The notes under the pieces: generated by a model | Seen by the model: the letters and a program-made list of their open reading frames with translations, nothing else | What the model was told of the DNA's origin: nothing | Database searches by the model: none | Made by a program: the position numbers and the translations under genes | Source of the DNA: Octopus sinensis | Lineage: Eukaryota | Assembly (NCBI RefSeq): GCF_006345805.1 | Contig: NC_043022.1 | Span: 20,770,001-20,834,000, forward strand | Direction of reading: 5' to 3' | DNA: 64,000 nucleotides | Part shown: piece by piece, positions 10,961 to 24,741 of the stretch | Numbering within the stretch: position 1 is the first letter of the stretch | Layout: every line of letters begins with the position of its first letter

Positions 10961-12128
10961 GTGTGTGTGTGATTGAGAGAGAGAGAGAGAGAGAAAGAGA
11001 CTGTCTGTGTGCTTTACAGTTTACAAGTGATTTCAGGAACAAGTGTTAAATGTAGCTCTCCTTCTCCTCAAGACACACAAAAAGCATATACACACATATA
11101 TAAATGAAATATTGTAATTTATAAGTGATTTCAAAAACATGCTAATGTATCAACGCATAAAGGTGTGTGTCGCATAAAGGTGTGTGTCGCATAAAGGTGT
11201 GTGTCGCATAAAGGTGTGTGTGTGTATCAACAATTACATACACACACACTGCAATATATATATATATAAATATATACATTAATATTTACATACATACATA
11301 CATTATATATATATATATATACATACATACATAATACATACACACAAACATAACAAATATATTACATGTACATGCATTTATAATGCATACATACAAGTAT
11401 ATATAGTATAATACATACATACATAACATAATAGACACATATACACACACACACACACACCATGTATATACACTCATATATAAATATAACATATATAATA
11501 CATACATATATATATACATGCACACACACACATATACACCATATATACATAAATATATATAACATATAATACATACAAACATATATATATATATATACAC
11601 ACACACATATACACCATATATATATATATATAAATATATATATACACACACACATACACCATATATATATACATACACATCCAACCATGCCAGAATGTAA
11701 ATCAGATGTTAAATGATGATGATAACGATGATGACGTACTGATTAAATACATGAACACACACACACACACATACGCACATATACACACATACAATTTATA
11801 TACAATTACATATATATATTTGCATGTACACCCACGCACAAACTTATGTTTCTGTGTGCCTGATTGTCTGCTCACTAATTGCAGACAATGGACCTCCCAC
11901 TATTTTCCTCAACTCCTAATGTCTATATGTATGCATGCGTCACTGCAAATCTATAAATGCATATGCACAGGTGCACATGAGGAAATGTGTGTGCATGCTT
12001 GTACAAGCATGTGAGGTTTTGCATATATGTGTGTGTCTGTGTGTGTGCGTGTGAATGGGTATGCTTGATTGAATATGTATTTGTTTCAGGTTCAGTCCCA
12101 CTGTGTGGCCCCTTAAACGAGTGTCTTA

Positions 12129-12173
<45 letters not shown>

Positions 12174-12247
12174 ATTGTGACCTCGTGTGTACCGTTGGCG
12201 ATTTTTTTTCCTCTGTCTTCCCTTCTCTGGATCTTTCCTTCTCCTAT

Positions 12248-12282
12248 GTTTCCGACGAAGAGCTCCGCTCGAAACGTTAAAC
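12248..12282 (+). ncRNA. Minimal hammerhead-like motif (core CCGACGA plus extra A) in a dispersed repeat
   Basis: GTTT-CCGACGA-A-GAGC(TCC)GCTC-GAA-ACGT-T-AAAC. The same repeat occurs at ~29120-29300. Confidence 0.6.
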
Positions 12283-12372
12283 CCTCCTTCTTTCCTTAGC
12301 ATCCAATAATACTATATTTGTTCCATGTCCTCGCGTTGTTGTGTTTTTTTGTGCTTTCTTGTTTGGATTAAC

Positions 12373-12407
<35 letters not shown>

Positions 12408-12615
12408 TTGTTTGTGTCTGTGTTTGTCCCCCACCCATCGCTTGACAACCGATGTTGGTGTGTTTACGTCTCCGTCACTTAGCAGTTCGGCAAAAAGAGA
12501 CTGATAGAATAAATATTAGGCTCACAAAGAATAAGTCCTGGGGTCAATTTAGTCGACTAAAATGGTGCTCCAGCATGGTTGCAGTCAATTGACCAAAAGA
12601 ATAAAAAAAAATAAT

Positions 12616-12658
<43 letters not shown>

Positions 12659-14996
12659 GGAAGGAGGGAGAGCGCATGTGTACATATGTATGACTGCCTG
12701 TGTCAAGACATCACATGATAGTTGTAAACAAGCATCAGTGTCATACAAGCGGTGTTGTTTATTTCTAGTCTTCTGTGGAAACACATCTGGCCAAAAGGAA
12801 ATACCATCTTCTGTGGTGATGGCCAGAGTGGAGGCAGTGATGGTTACAATGGCACTAGGCGTGGTGGTAATGGTGACGCCAGTGGTAGTAGCGATGGTAG
12901 TGGTAGTAGCGATGGTACTGGTAGTGATGGTAGTGGTGGTGATGATAGTGGTGGTGGTGGTGGTGTGGTGGTGGTAGTAGTGATGGCAGGGATGATGATG
13001 GTGGTAGTGGTGGTGGTCATGATAGTGATTGATGGTAGTGGTGATGGTGGTGGTGGTAGTGGTTGTAGTGGTGGTAGTTATGGTGTTAGTGGTAGCAGTT
13101 ACAGTGGTGGTGGTGGTGCTGCAGTTTGTTTGTTTGTTGAGCGAAGCAGTCTTTGTTCTTGGAAGAAGTCCAAAACGTGGTCCTTTGCTATTCGTAAGAC
13201 CCGCAGAAAAGAAAGCAGGTCAACCCCCGACACCGAGAGCATCGACGGATAGATGAATGTGCATCCCGGCTCAGCGGTTGCGTAGGAAGTCGGGGACAAG
13301 AAACAGGAAGAAGGAATGCGAGAAAGTTGGAGTGAAAGAGTACAACAGGGGTCATCACCACCACCTGCAGGAGCCTCTTGGAGCTTTAAGTGTTTTCACT
13401 CAATAAACACACACAACGCCCGGTCTGGGAATCGAAACTGCGATCCTCCGACCACTGGGCCATTGCGCCTCCTGCTGCTGCTGTTGGCAGTGAAATGGTA
13501 ACAACAGTTATATGACTGTTATTAGTTTTTGCGTTGGTTGTTGTCGTTTGTGAGACCTTTTGGATTTAGTTTACCTGTATATGTACATATAAGAGAGTGA
13601 GGTGGAGAGAGAAACTATATACTGCCATCCATGTTCCTTCATACCTCCCGCCACGCCCACCACCTCCACGTCTCTGTAGTCACTTGTTTCCAGGAGCACA
13701 TTATTTCACTTAAGTAGATTTTGCTGTTTCCAACCACATAGCCACCATGGCATAGTTGGCATTCCCTTACAGCCGTCACCTCCACCTCCACTGCAACCAC
13801 CACCACCACCACCACCACCACTACCACCACTTCCTACATTAACACCAACCAACCGACACACACACACACACAAGCTCACAGACATGGCTCTTGCTACTAT
13901 AAAGACCTAAGAGGTTGTTGGTTGCTAACCAACTAGAAAGACTATATGAAAACAAACAAGAAATGGGAGAGAGAGAGAAAAAACAAAGAGAGACAGATAG
14001 AATGAGAAGCCCAAAGAATGAATATATATGCATGTTTCTGTATGTGTGTTTGTGTGTGTTGTGTGTGTGGTGCCAGACGTAACTGTGTTGGAATTGGGGT
14101 GTGGGTGTCGTCCCATGTAGAACTGGAGGTTGTTAACAGGTTCTTACTTTGGACTGCACATCACATTGACACCAACAGAGAACAAAAAAAAAAAACTGGA
14201 CAGAAATTAACTAAAAGCTTCTTGTTATTCTTGTAGCTGTTGTTGTTGTTGTTCTGTCCCAGGCCAAACCCTGATTGAAGAGATCAATGATTGAAAGCCG
14301 GCATGGCTGTGTAGTAAGAAGCTTTTCCATGCTGGCATGGGTCGGACAGATTGACATGGAGCCGGCTAGCCAGAAGCTGTCCAAAACCTAACTGTCATTT
14401 CTGGTATGGTTTCTACAGCTGGATGTCCATTCTAATGCCAACCACTTAACAGAATGTGCTGGGTCGTTTTTACGTGCCACTGGCACAGATGCGTTCACGC
14501 AGCACCAACACAGGTGCCTTTTACATGGCACCAGCACCAAAATCCTGGTTTCAATTCTCAGACTGGGTAGTGCATTACCTTCTTGAGCAAAACGCTTCTG
14601 GAGCAACGGGAAATGAAATGTTTTGCTCAAGAACACAAAGCATCGCCCAGTCCAGGAATTGAAGCCACAACCTTACGATCATGAGTTCAACACCCTAACC
14701 ACTAAGCCACGCGCCTCCACACATACACACACACACAAAAAAAAAACACAAGCAGAAATCACACACAAACATAAAACAAACACACACATGCACAGAATAC
14801 TGACACACACATAAACATGCATACACAAAATAAACACACACACACAAAACAGAGAAAATGCAGACACACACATACACAAAACACAGAAAATACACACACG
14901 CATACAGACACACACACACACACAGATAAAACAAATAAATACATACACAAAACACACGCACACACATACACACAGACATACAAAACCGAACAGTAC

Positions 14997-15116
14997 CTCT
15001 GTTTGTTTGTAGAGTGTCCAGAGATAGAGAAGGCATTCCTGGTTAGGATTGTCGACATCATGTCCAGCTGGAGCAACTTTTTCGTGAACTTCACCAAGAC
15101 TTCCATGTTCTTCAGG
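14997..15116 (-). CDS. CCDC30: CCDC30-like, coding exon 2 (PEEHGSLGEVHEKVAPAGHDVDNPNQECLLYLWTLYKQTE)
   Basis: Acceptor ttttgcAG, donor GTACTG; 120 nt, phase 0/0. L..LW.LY...E motif of the CCDC30 N-terminus. Confidence 0.78.
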
Positions 15117-15292
15117 CTGCAAAACACAAAAGTGCAATCAAATCACCATTCATTGTTACTGCCATCATTTCTCTCCTCTACTCTCTTTTACGTTCCACTG
15201 GCACAGATGCGTTCACGCAGCACCAACAGGACGCCATGATAGATCGTTAGTTACTACACGCATTTTTTCTCTCCTTGTTTTTTTTCTGTGTA

Positions 15293-15330
15293 TCTTTCTG
15301 TCGAAGAGCGTAGGCTCGAAACGTAAAAGA
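15293..15330 (+). ncRNA. Minimal hammerhead-like motif (core CTGTCGA plus extra A)
   Basis: TCTTT-CTGTCGA-A-GAGC(GTAG)GCTC-GAA-ACGT-A-AAAGA; GUA triplet; A6 replaced by T. Confidence 0.6.
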
Positions 15331-16601
15331 CTCTTTCTATTCCTGAGCTGTTTGTACTCCGCCTGCCTTCGTCTTTTGTTTATTTTCATAAACTTCCCTT
15401 TATATATATAATATATATCACATATCATCAAATATATATATATATATATATATCATAATATATATATATATATAATATAATATATATATAAATATATAAG
15501 CATTTTGTTGTTATACTCATTAACATTTAATATCTAATATTTAAGCATGTTTTTCTAATTCATAATTCTAAAGTTGTCTGTTATGAACATTTAAACTTGT
15601 CAACATCAAAATATTTAAACAAGTTAGCAGAGAAGAAGAAGACGGAGAATAATAATGCGGGAGTGCTATGATAGGATGTTAAATGGTCAAGTGCCCTGAA
15701 AGTGACTTGTTGTGGATGGTAGTAGTGATCGAATTCTTGAGATATCTCTTTTGAATGTATTGTTTAAAACGAATGGTTTACACCTGGTAAGGTACCAGGT
15801 TTACACCTGGTAGCTTGCTGGTAAAGCACAGTCACTTTCACAGTGATTGTTATGTATATGGCAAATGAAAGACAGAAGATGGACTAAAGGAGAATTTATT
15901 AATCATGACAATTTTGACACATCTAGCATTGACCCCTTATGGCTGGGACATTCAACAACTGGCGCAGATGTATCTCGTTGGGTGATAAATAGATACAACT
16001 CGTTAAAATAACAGTTCCGCAATGTAACTTCTCGTTTTGTAGAAAGAAAAGCAGCCAGAGGTAGGAAATATCTTCGGTTATATATATTTCTTTACTACCC
16101 ACAAGAGGCTAAACACAGAGGGAACAAACAAGGACAGACAAACGGATTAAGTCGATTATATCGACCCCAGTGTGTAACTGGTACTTATTTAATCAACCTC
16201 GAAAGGATGAAAGGCAAAGCCGACCTCGGTGGAATTTAAACTCAGAATGTAGCAGCAGACGAAATACCGCTAAACATTTTCGCCCGGCGCGCTAATGTTT
16301 CTGCCAGCTCTTCCTTTATATAGAAGATCAAAAATAAAATCACAGATATATGAAAAAAAAGAGAAACAAACACACAATACAGTGAGAAAAGTATTAAAAA
16401 TAACTGTTAAGAAATATAGATGTATAAACGCCCTTGGGCAAGCTGCGTGGTGCAAGTAAACTTGCTCATATAAGCATCTGCGAAAATGGGAGCATACGCA
16501 CACGTGAGGTTTGGTGCACTCATGATCACAAAGTGAGTTAACTATCTACTTAGTGTTTGTAAGAATGGGGCGGTTAAAAGTAAACTTAAGTCATCCATAC
16601 C

Positions 16602-17090
16602 TCAAAGTAAATTAAATTCATTTTCACTGCATTCTGCGAAAGTACAATTATATGCATGTAGGCATCTCAAGAGTCTTTCAGAAATTCTATTAATGATCTT
16701 CTCATTAGTCCACAGAATAGACAGGGATTCCTCGGAGCAGGGATGACATCTCCTGCAAATTATATTGTATGGTTTCACATGCCTTACTATGGACCAAGTT
16801 ATGCTGTACTTCATTTTATCCTCCTTCAGTTGCCATACAAAATCTGCCAAATATGTTGAATGTCTCTTATTGATTGTCTTTAAGCTGACAACATTGTTAC
16901 AATAACGATTCTTAAATGAATCAGCTGTCTGCCCAATGTAAACATATGGCCCTCCCCTTGTGTGCACAGTACATTTATATACAAGATTTGTACTCATACA
17001 GAGATTCATCAAAGGACATTTTGATTTTTCTCTGCATGAGCATTTATAATATTTATTTGTATATAAAGCAGTCCTGACTCCACTTACCAA
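16602..17090 (-). mobile_element. Penelope-like element GIY-YIG endonuclease fragment
   Basis: CPL...C...NLVYKCTV...YIGQTADSFKNRY...STYLADFVWQLK...ITWSI...C..C.EE...IN..SE...C.H follows the PLE GIY-YIG C-terminal pattern. Confidence 0.88.
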
Positions 17091-18400
17091 CGTTGTTACC
17101 GTGTCAGCTGTATCATGAGTATTTCTACTACTATGATTTGGTCATGATTGGTGTTTATCATTGCGATTTACATCTCTTTGTGTGTCTGTGTTTCTCCTCC
17201 CACCAACGCTTGACAACCAATGTCAGTGTGTTTATGTCCCTGTAACTTAGTGGTTCACCAAAAGAGACTGGTAGAATAAATACTAGGCTTACAAAGAATA
17301 AGTCCTGGGATTGAATTGTTTGACTAGAGGTGAAGCTCCAGCATGGGCACAGTCAAATGACTGTGGCAAGTAAAAGAATATATATATTTTTTTCTTTTTT
17401 CTTTCTTTTTTTACTTGTTTCAGTCATTTTGACTGCGGCCATGCTGGAGCACCGCCTTTAATCGAGCAACTTGACCTCGGGACTTATTCTTTGTAAGCCC
17501 AATACTTATTCTATCGGTCTCTTTTGCCAAACAGCTAAGAGACGGGGACATAAACACACCAGCATCGGTCAAGCAATGCTAGGGGGACAAACACAGATAC
17601 ACGCACACACACATATATATATATATACATATATATGACAGGCTTCTTTCAGTTTCCGTCTAACAAACCCACTTACAAGGCTTTGGTCGGCTCGAGGCTA
17701 TAGTAGAAGACACTTGCTCAAGATGGCATGCAGTGGGACTGAACCCAGAACCATGTGGTTGGTAAACAAGCTACTTACCACACAGCCACTCATGCGCCTA
17801 TGATGAGTTTCTTTCAGTTTCCATCAACCAAATCCACTTACAAGGCTTTAATCAATCCAGGGTCATAGAGTAAGTACCATGCAGTGGGACTAAACTTGGA
17901 ACCATGTGGTTTAGGAAATAAATGGCTTAACCACACAGCCATGCCTGGCCTAAGTCTGACCACTTTCCATTAATATAATTAACTGCTACTGACAAAGCTG
18001 GCTGTGTGCAGAAATTTTCTGGTCATGCTTTTTTAACTTAGCCAGAATTTACAGGAAACTGGTAAGCTTTGATCTGGTGATGGTGGTGGAGGTGATGGCA
18101 GCAGAGGTGGCGGTGGCAGTGGTAGTGATGTTAGCTGGAGTGGGGGGACATGTCAGTAGATCAGCATGATGAAAGCATGGATATATGTTGAATACAGCAT
18201 TGATCTAGTCAGAGTGTACATCCGCTATATACATTATATATATACCAGAGTAAGCACATAAATGTGAAACAAGCTTTTGTTAAATTTCTGCTGCTTTTAA
18301 ATAAAGTATATACATATATATATATATATATATTTAAAGCAGCAGAAAATTCAACAAAACCTGTTACTCTGAGTTGAATTTTCTGCTGCTTTAAATAAAG

Positions 18401-18431
<31 letters not shown>

Positions 18432-20550
18432 ACGTAGACACACACATCTCAAAAGTATGTTAAACACAACATCAATTTAGCCAGAGTATACATCTGATAT
18501 ATATATATATATCTTTATATATATATTTTTATTGTTTTACTTGTTTCAGTCATTTGACTGTGGCCATGCTGGAGCACCACCTTTAGTCTAGCAAATCGAC
18601 CCCAGGACTTATTCTTTGTGAGCCTTGTACCTATTCTATCGCTCTATTTTGCTTAACCACTAAGTTACAGGGACGTAAACACACCAGCATCGGATGTTTG
18701 GGGGAACAAACACAGACACATATATATATAAGGCAGGCTTCTTTCAGTTTCTCCCTACCAAATCCACTCACAAGGGTTTGGTCTGCCCGAGGCTATAGTA
18801 GAAGACACTTGCCCAAGGTGCCACATTTACTTTTGAGGGGTGTGATACACACACACACACACACACATGCACACTTACACACTCACTTTCATTCTGTATC
18901 TGGTTTGCAAGATTCTTTATGTGAATTTGTGTCTTGAAACAAATTTTGCTGTCTAGAGAGAGTCATTACGTCAATACTGATTTCAGATTCTGGCACAAAG
19001 CCAGCAATTTCAGGGGAAGGGGCTAGTCATTTACATTGAGTCCAATGCTCAACTGGTACTTAATCTATCAACCCCAAAAGGATGAACGGCAAAGTCGACA
19101 GTATCAGAATTTGAACTCAAAACATAACATACAAAACACAGCAAAGCATCTTGTCTAGCATGCTAACAATTCTGTCAGTTCATTGCCTTAATAATAACAA
19201 TAATAATAATCTTTTCTATTATAGGCACAAAGCCAGTACACAACTGATCAACCCCCAGTACACAACTGGTACTTAATTTATCGACCCCAAAAGGATGAAA
19301 GGCAAAGTCAACTTCGGCAGAATTTGAACTCGGAACATAAAGACAGACTAAATACCACTAAGCATTTTGCCCACCGTTCTAACAATTCTGCCAGCTCACT
19401 GCCTTAATAATAATAATAATAATAATAATAACAACAATGATTTCAAGTTTTGGCACAAAGCCAGCAATTTTGGGGGAGGAAGTAAGTATATTACATTGAC
19501 CCTAATGCATAACTGGTACTTATTTTATCGACCCCCAAAAGGATAAAAGACAAAGTCAAGCTTGGCAGAGTTTGAACTCAGGACATAAAGATGAGCAAAA
19601 TGACGCAAAGCATTTTACCCATCGTGCTAACAATTCTGCCAGCTTACCATTATGCCAACATTAATAATACAATCACTGGTTCAGTTCCACTCCTTTATTA
19701 TTAATCAATTGGTTAAATTAATCAATTGCTTGTTTAACTTGTTGGTTATACACTCAAATGTTTGTTTCTTTTTACTTTTTGTTCATCATCATCATCGTTT
19801 AACGTCCGCTTTCCATGCTAGCATGGGTTGGATGATTTTGACTGAGGGCTGGTGAACAAGATGGCTGCACCAGGCTCCAATCTTGATTTGGCAGAGTTTC
19901 TACAGCTGGATGCCCTTCCTAACGCCAACCACTCCGAGAGTGTAGTGGGTGTGCTTTTTACGTGCCACCGGCACGGGCGCCAGTCAGGCGGTACTGGCAA
20001 CGACCTCGCTCGAATCTTTTTAAATGTGCCACTGGCACAGGTGCCGGTGAAGCGATGTCGATAACGATCATCAAAGTTATTCTATTGCCACCCACAACCT
20101 TTCCTTTCATTTTATTACAGAGGCTGTGTCCGTCTGTCGAAGACAAAAGAATTCACGTAAAGAATCTTGAAAGCCAAATACAAACACGAAACAGGTAGGA
20201 TATTGTTGTGTCTAGGGGGAGTCGTTAAACCAACATTATTAACACACGCGTTTCAATTACACTCCTTTATCGTTAATCAATTGGTTAAATTAATGAATCG
20301 CTTGTTTAACTTGTTGGTTAAGCAGTCACTTGTTTGTTTCTTTTTACTTTTTGTTCGTCAAAGTTATTCTGTTGCCATTTGCAACTTTTTCCAGTGACTT
20401 TTCTCTTGTTTTATTACAGAAGCCACGTCTGCTTATCCAAAACAAAAGAATTCACATAGAACATCTTGGAAACCAACTACAAAAATGAAACAGGTGGAAT
20501 ATTGCTGTGTCGGGGGTGGGGGGTCATTATGCCAATATTATTAACACATA

Positions 20551-20784
20551 AGGCGGCGAGCTGGCAGAAACGTTAGCACGCCAGGCGAAATGCTTAGCGG
20601 TATTTCGTCTCCCTCTATGTTCTGAGTTCAAGTTCCGCCGAGGTTGACTTTACCTTTCATCCTTACGGGGTGGATTAAATAAGTACCAATTACGCACTGG
20701 GGTCGATATAATCGACTTAATTCGTTTGTCTATCCTTGTTTGTCCTCTCTGTGTTTAGCCCCTTGTGGGTAGTAAAAAGAAATA
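20551..20784 (+). mobile_element. tRNA-derived SINE family B (central GTCGAC-GCCTTTCATCCTTTCGGGGTCGATAAATTAAGTACC-type domain)
   Basis: Head GGCGGCGAGCTGGCAGAAACGTTAGC. Many copies, e.g. ~16065-16310, 34985-35222, 47270-47490, 51330-51540 on minus. Confidence 0.8.
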
Positions 20785-20859
20785 GGTCTTAACACACACA
20801 CTGGTTCAATTCAATTCCTTTATTATTAGTCAATTGGTTAAGCTAATCAATTGCTTGTT

Positions 20860-21250
20860 TAACTTGACTGACTTGACTTGACAGCATTCACCTGGAATGG
20901 GTTGAGCTGGCTTCATTCATCCTCAATGCTGCATCTCTCACAAACGCCAACCAGGCGTGGCGATTTGAGGCTAACGACCGCATGATCTCCAACCACTCCT
21001 TATTCCAGCGGCGAACGCCGTAGACATGGGGGCCTAGGTTGGGTTCCAGATCAGTCTTGACTGTCATCAGCCAGGTTTTTCATTGTCCACCACATCGCTT
21101 TCGCCAACCCCAAAGGGCAGCTAGGGCAATTGCTTCGTAGATGAATTCTCCTGGTTGACGACGGAGGGCATGACCCAGCAACGCAGACGTCTCATTAGGA
21201 TGATTTGTCGGAGGGAGATGATTTTGCACTGGTGTCGCACTGAATTGTTG
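20860..21250 (-). mobile_element. RTE-clade LINE 3' end, second family, with (CAAGT)n tail
   Basis: My translation: RLRLLGHALRR...GWRKRCGGQ*KTWLMTVKTDL...YGVRRWNKEW...LASNRHAW; one in-frame stop. Confidence 0.8.
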
Positions 21251-22633
21251 GAGACAAAGTGATGTTTAACTTGTTGGTTAAACAGTCAACTGTTGGTTTA
21301 GTTTTTGTTTTTCGTCAAAGTCCTTTCATTACCATTTGCATCTTTTTCAGTGACTTCTCTTTTAGTCCGTTATGATATCAACCAGACTAGCAGATGTTGT
21401 TACACATCACTGGTCACAATGCACTTTATACTGTTTTAGCTTTTGAATGACCCCACTTTGTTGGCTCAGCGAGCAGGCCAACATTTCCCCTGATCAGGAA
21501 AGTTACGCAAGGCTAGTCTGTCAAAGGGTTACCTATTTACGGTTGAATAAACTGGAGCAATGTGAAGTGAAGTGTTCTGCTCAAGAACACAACATGCTAC
21601 CTGGTTCAGGAATTAAACCTGTGATCTAGCAGTCGTGAGTGCAATATCCTAGCCACTAGGCCACACATAAATCTGTAAGTACATAGGGACAGCGAGCTGG
21701 CAGAATCATTAGTATGCCAGGCAAAATGCTTAGTGACATTTTGTCGATCTTTATGTTCTGAGTTCAAATTCTGTTGAGGTCAACTTGCCAAAGCCTTGTG
21801 AGTGGATTTGGTAGAGAGAAACTGAAAGAAGCTCGTTGTATATATATATATGTATGTATGTGTGTGTGTGTATGTTTGTGTGTCTGTGTTTGTCCCCCCC
21901 ACAACATCGCTTGACAACCGATGCTTGTGTGTTTACGTCCCCGTAACTTAGCAGTTCGGCAAAAGAGACCGATAGAATAAGTACTGGGCTTACAAAGAAT
22001 AAGTCCTTGAGTCGATTTACTCGACTAAAAGGTGGTGCTCTAGCATGGCCACAGTCAAATGACTGAAACGAGTAAAAGAGTAGGCATTCTGCCCAACAGG
22101 CATATGATTCTGCTAAACCTGCCTTAGCAAAATAGTCCTTTCTACTAAATGCACAAGGCCTGAAATTTTGTAGGAGGGGGACTAGTCAGTTACACTGACC
22201 CCAGTGTGTAACTGGTACTTATTTTATTGACTCCGAGACAATGAAAGGCAAAGTTGACCTCAGCAGAATTTGAACACTGACCACAAGGATGGACAAAACG
22301 CTGCTAAGTATTTTGTTGCCTGGAATGCTAACGATCCTGCCAGCTCATAATAATAAAATACATGTATATCATCATTTGTCATCATCTTCATTTAACGTCC
22401 ACTTTCCATGCTGGCATGGGTTGGATGGTTTGATAGGAGTTATGCAGGTAGGAGGCTACACCAAACTTCTGTGTCTGTTTTGGTATGGTTTTTATAGTTG
22501 AATGCCCTGCCCTTCCTAACATCAGCCACCCTGCAGAGTGGACTCGGTGCTTTCTATATGGCATGAGCACAAGTGAGGGCAGTTTTGATATGGTTTCCTT
22601 CCAAATGCCAACCACTTTGTATATACGTATATA

Positions 22634-22699
<66 letters not shown>

Positions 22700-22720
<21 letters not shown>

Positions 22721-23250
22721 TGAATGGATGGACAGGCGGACGGATGGATAGGTAAATGGATGGATGGAGAGGTGGACGGATGGATGGACAGGTGGACAGA
22801 TGGATGGAGAGGCAGATGGATGGATGGATGGAGAGGCAGACGGATGGATAAGTAGATGGATGGAGAGGCGGACGGATGGATGGACAGGTGGACGGATGGA
22901 TGGAGAGGCAGATGGATGGATAGGCAGGCAGATGGATGGATAGGTAGATGGATGGATGGATGGAGAGGTGGACGGATGGACGGAGAGGCAGACGGATGGA
23001 TAGACAGGCAGATGGATGGATAGGTAGATGGATGGATGGATGGAGAGGGGGACGGATGGATAGGTGGACGGATGGATGGAGAGGCAGACAGATGGATGGA
23101 GAGGCAGACAGATGGATGGATAGGTAGATGGATGAATGGATGGAGAGGCGGACGGAGGGATGGAGAGGCGGACGGATGGATGGACAGGTGGACGGATGGA
23201 TGGAGAGGCAGACGGATGGATAGAGACGCGGATGGATGGATAGATAGATC
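22700..23250. repeat. Compound (GGAT)n/GAGAGGCAGAC minisatellite
   Basis: Direct reading. The SIHP/HPS repeat ORFs are artefacts. Confidence 0.9.
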
Positions 23251-23451
23251 ATCATTGGAAAGTATCATGGAGAGAGACAAAAAACCTAATGGTCAGCATT
23301 GGAAAGAATGGAAGTAAGAGGTGGGGCTACAAAGAGGAATACCATATTGTTAGAAGAGAAGCATCAAATGTATTTAGCGTGGAGAGAAGCTGAAAGGCGG
23401 AAGTTTGCTGGTGTTTGGAGCAAGGAGGATCAGAGACAGAAGGTGCTTTAA

Positions 23452-23670
23452 CCCTTTAGTGTTCAGATTATTCAATCAAACATAATGTCTATTGATTCCC
23501 ATTGATTTGAATTAATCATGCATTATCTCATATCTTCAAGATCTTGATGGTGTAATTACTTAATGTAGAATAACATTGTAGGGTAGGTGTGAGAGCCTGG
23601 ATCTGGTCAGTTTGAACATAAAACAGATTAAATATTTTGGCCGGATATGGCCGGTTTAAATACTAAAGGG
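23452..23670. mobile_element. piggyBac-like MITE (TTAA-CCCTTTAG...CTAAAGGG-TTAA)
   Basis: TTAA TSD on both sides, short TIRs. Inverted relative at 62027-62242. Confidence 0.75.
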
Positions 23671-24115
23671 TTAAATTGCAAGGCAGGGTGTCAGGGTGAA
23701 CTAAGATAGTGTTGGTTGAAAACTGTGTCATAGTAGTGCCCTTTCCCAAGAAGAAGGAAAATAAAGGAGCTTAAAGATTCACCCTGAGTGATTGCTAATT
23801 ATGGAAAATGTATGGAGAGAAGAGGATTTTCCAGGTGCTTACCCAAACTGAAGGACCCAGCTACTGAGGGAGATAGTTACATGGACAAAATGGCCATTAA
23901 CCCTTCAGCATTTAAACCGGCCATATCTGGCCCAGATATTCCACTTGCTTTATGCTGAACCTGGTCTGATCCAGCCTCTCACATCTACCCTACAATGTCA
24001 TTCTAAGACTAAACACTCACATCTTCAAAATGTTGAAGCTACAAGATACTACATGGTTAATTTTTTAAAATGTGGATAAATATGCATTCAGACAGAATTT
24101 CACTTTTATTATTAA

Positions 24116-24504
24116 CCCTTTTGTTACCGTATTTCTGCTGAGATGCTCTGTGTTTCTTTCAATTATTTTAAATATAACAAAGAATTTAGCAAAATAACTT
24201 AGTTATCATTAAGCTAGTGTTAGGAACATAAATTGTGACTAAAGTTTGGTGGAAGATTTTAATTCAGAACTTTTGGAAACAAGACATTTGTTATCCATAT
24301 TTCTGTTGAGATGCTCTGTGTTTCTTTCAATTAATTTTAAATATAACAAAGAATTTAGTAAAATAACTTGGTTATCATTCAGCAAGTGTTAGGAACATAA
24401 ATTGTGACTAAGGTTTGGTGGAAGATTTTAATTCAAAACTTATGAAAACAAGACATTTGTACTCAGAGCCAGAGCCGGTTTCAGTCGGGTTGGTAATGAA
24501 AGGG
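24116..24504. mobile_element. piggyBac-like MITE with an internal ~170-bp tandem duplication
   Basis: TTAA-CCCTTT...AAAGGG-TTAA. Relatives at ~41066-41290 and ~43870-44085. Confidence 0.7.
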
Positions 24505-24741
24505 TTAAAGAAGGATTCTTTAGAATATTTGCTGTGTGTATGAGTGATTATGAATGAGTGTCTGCGAGTGACAGTCCGTATGTACCCAAGGGCATGTGTA
24601 TGAGCAAACTTCATGACTGGTGACCAAAAAAAAAAACATTGGAAAAGTTAAAAGTTAAAAATAAAAAGTGAAGGTGCAATGTTTTATCATTGGTACCTTT
24701 ACCTGTCTTCAATCAACAGGTAAACAATAAATGGAACATAC

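Noticed and set aside
22522-23317. Long ORFs of 233-252 aa
   Set aside because: Translations of a (GGAT)n-based minisatellite.
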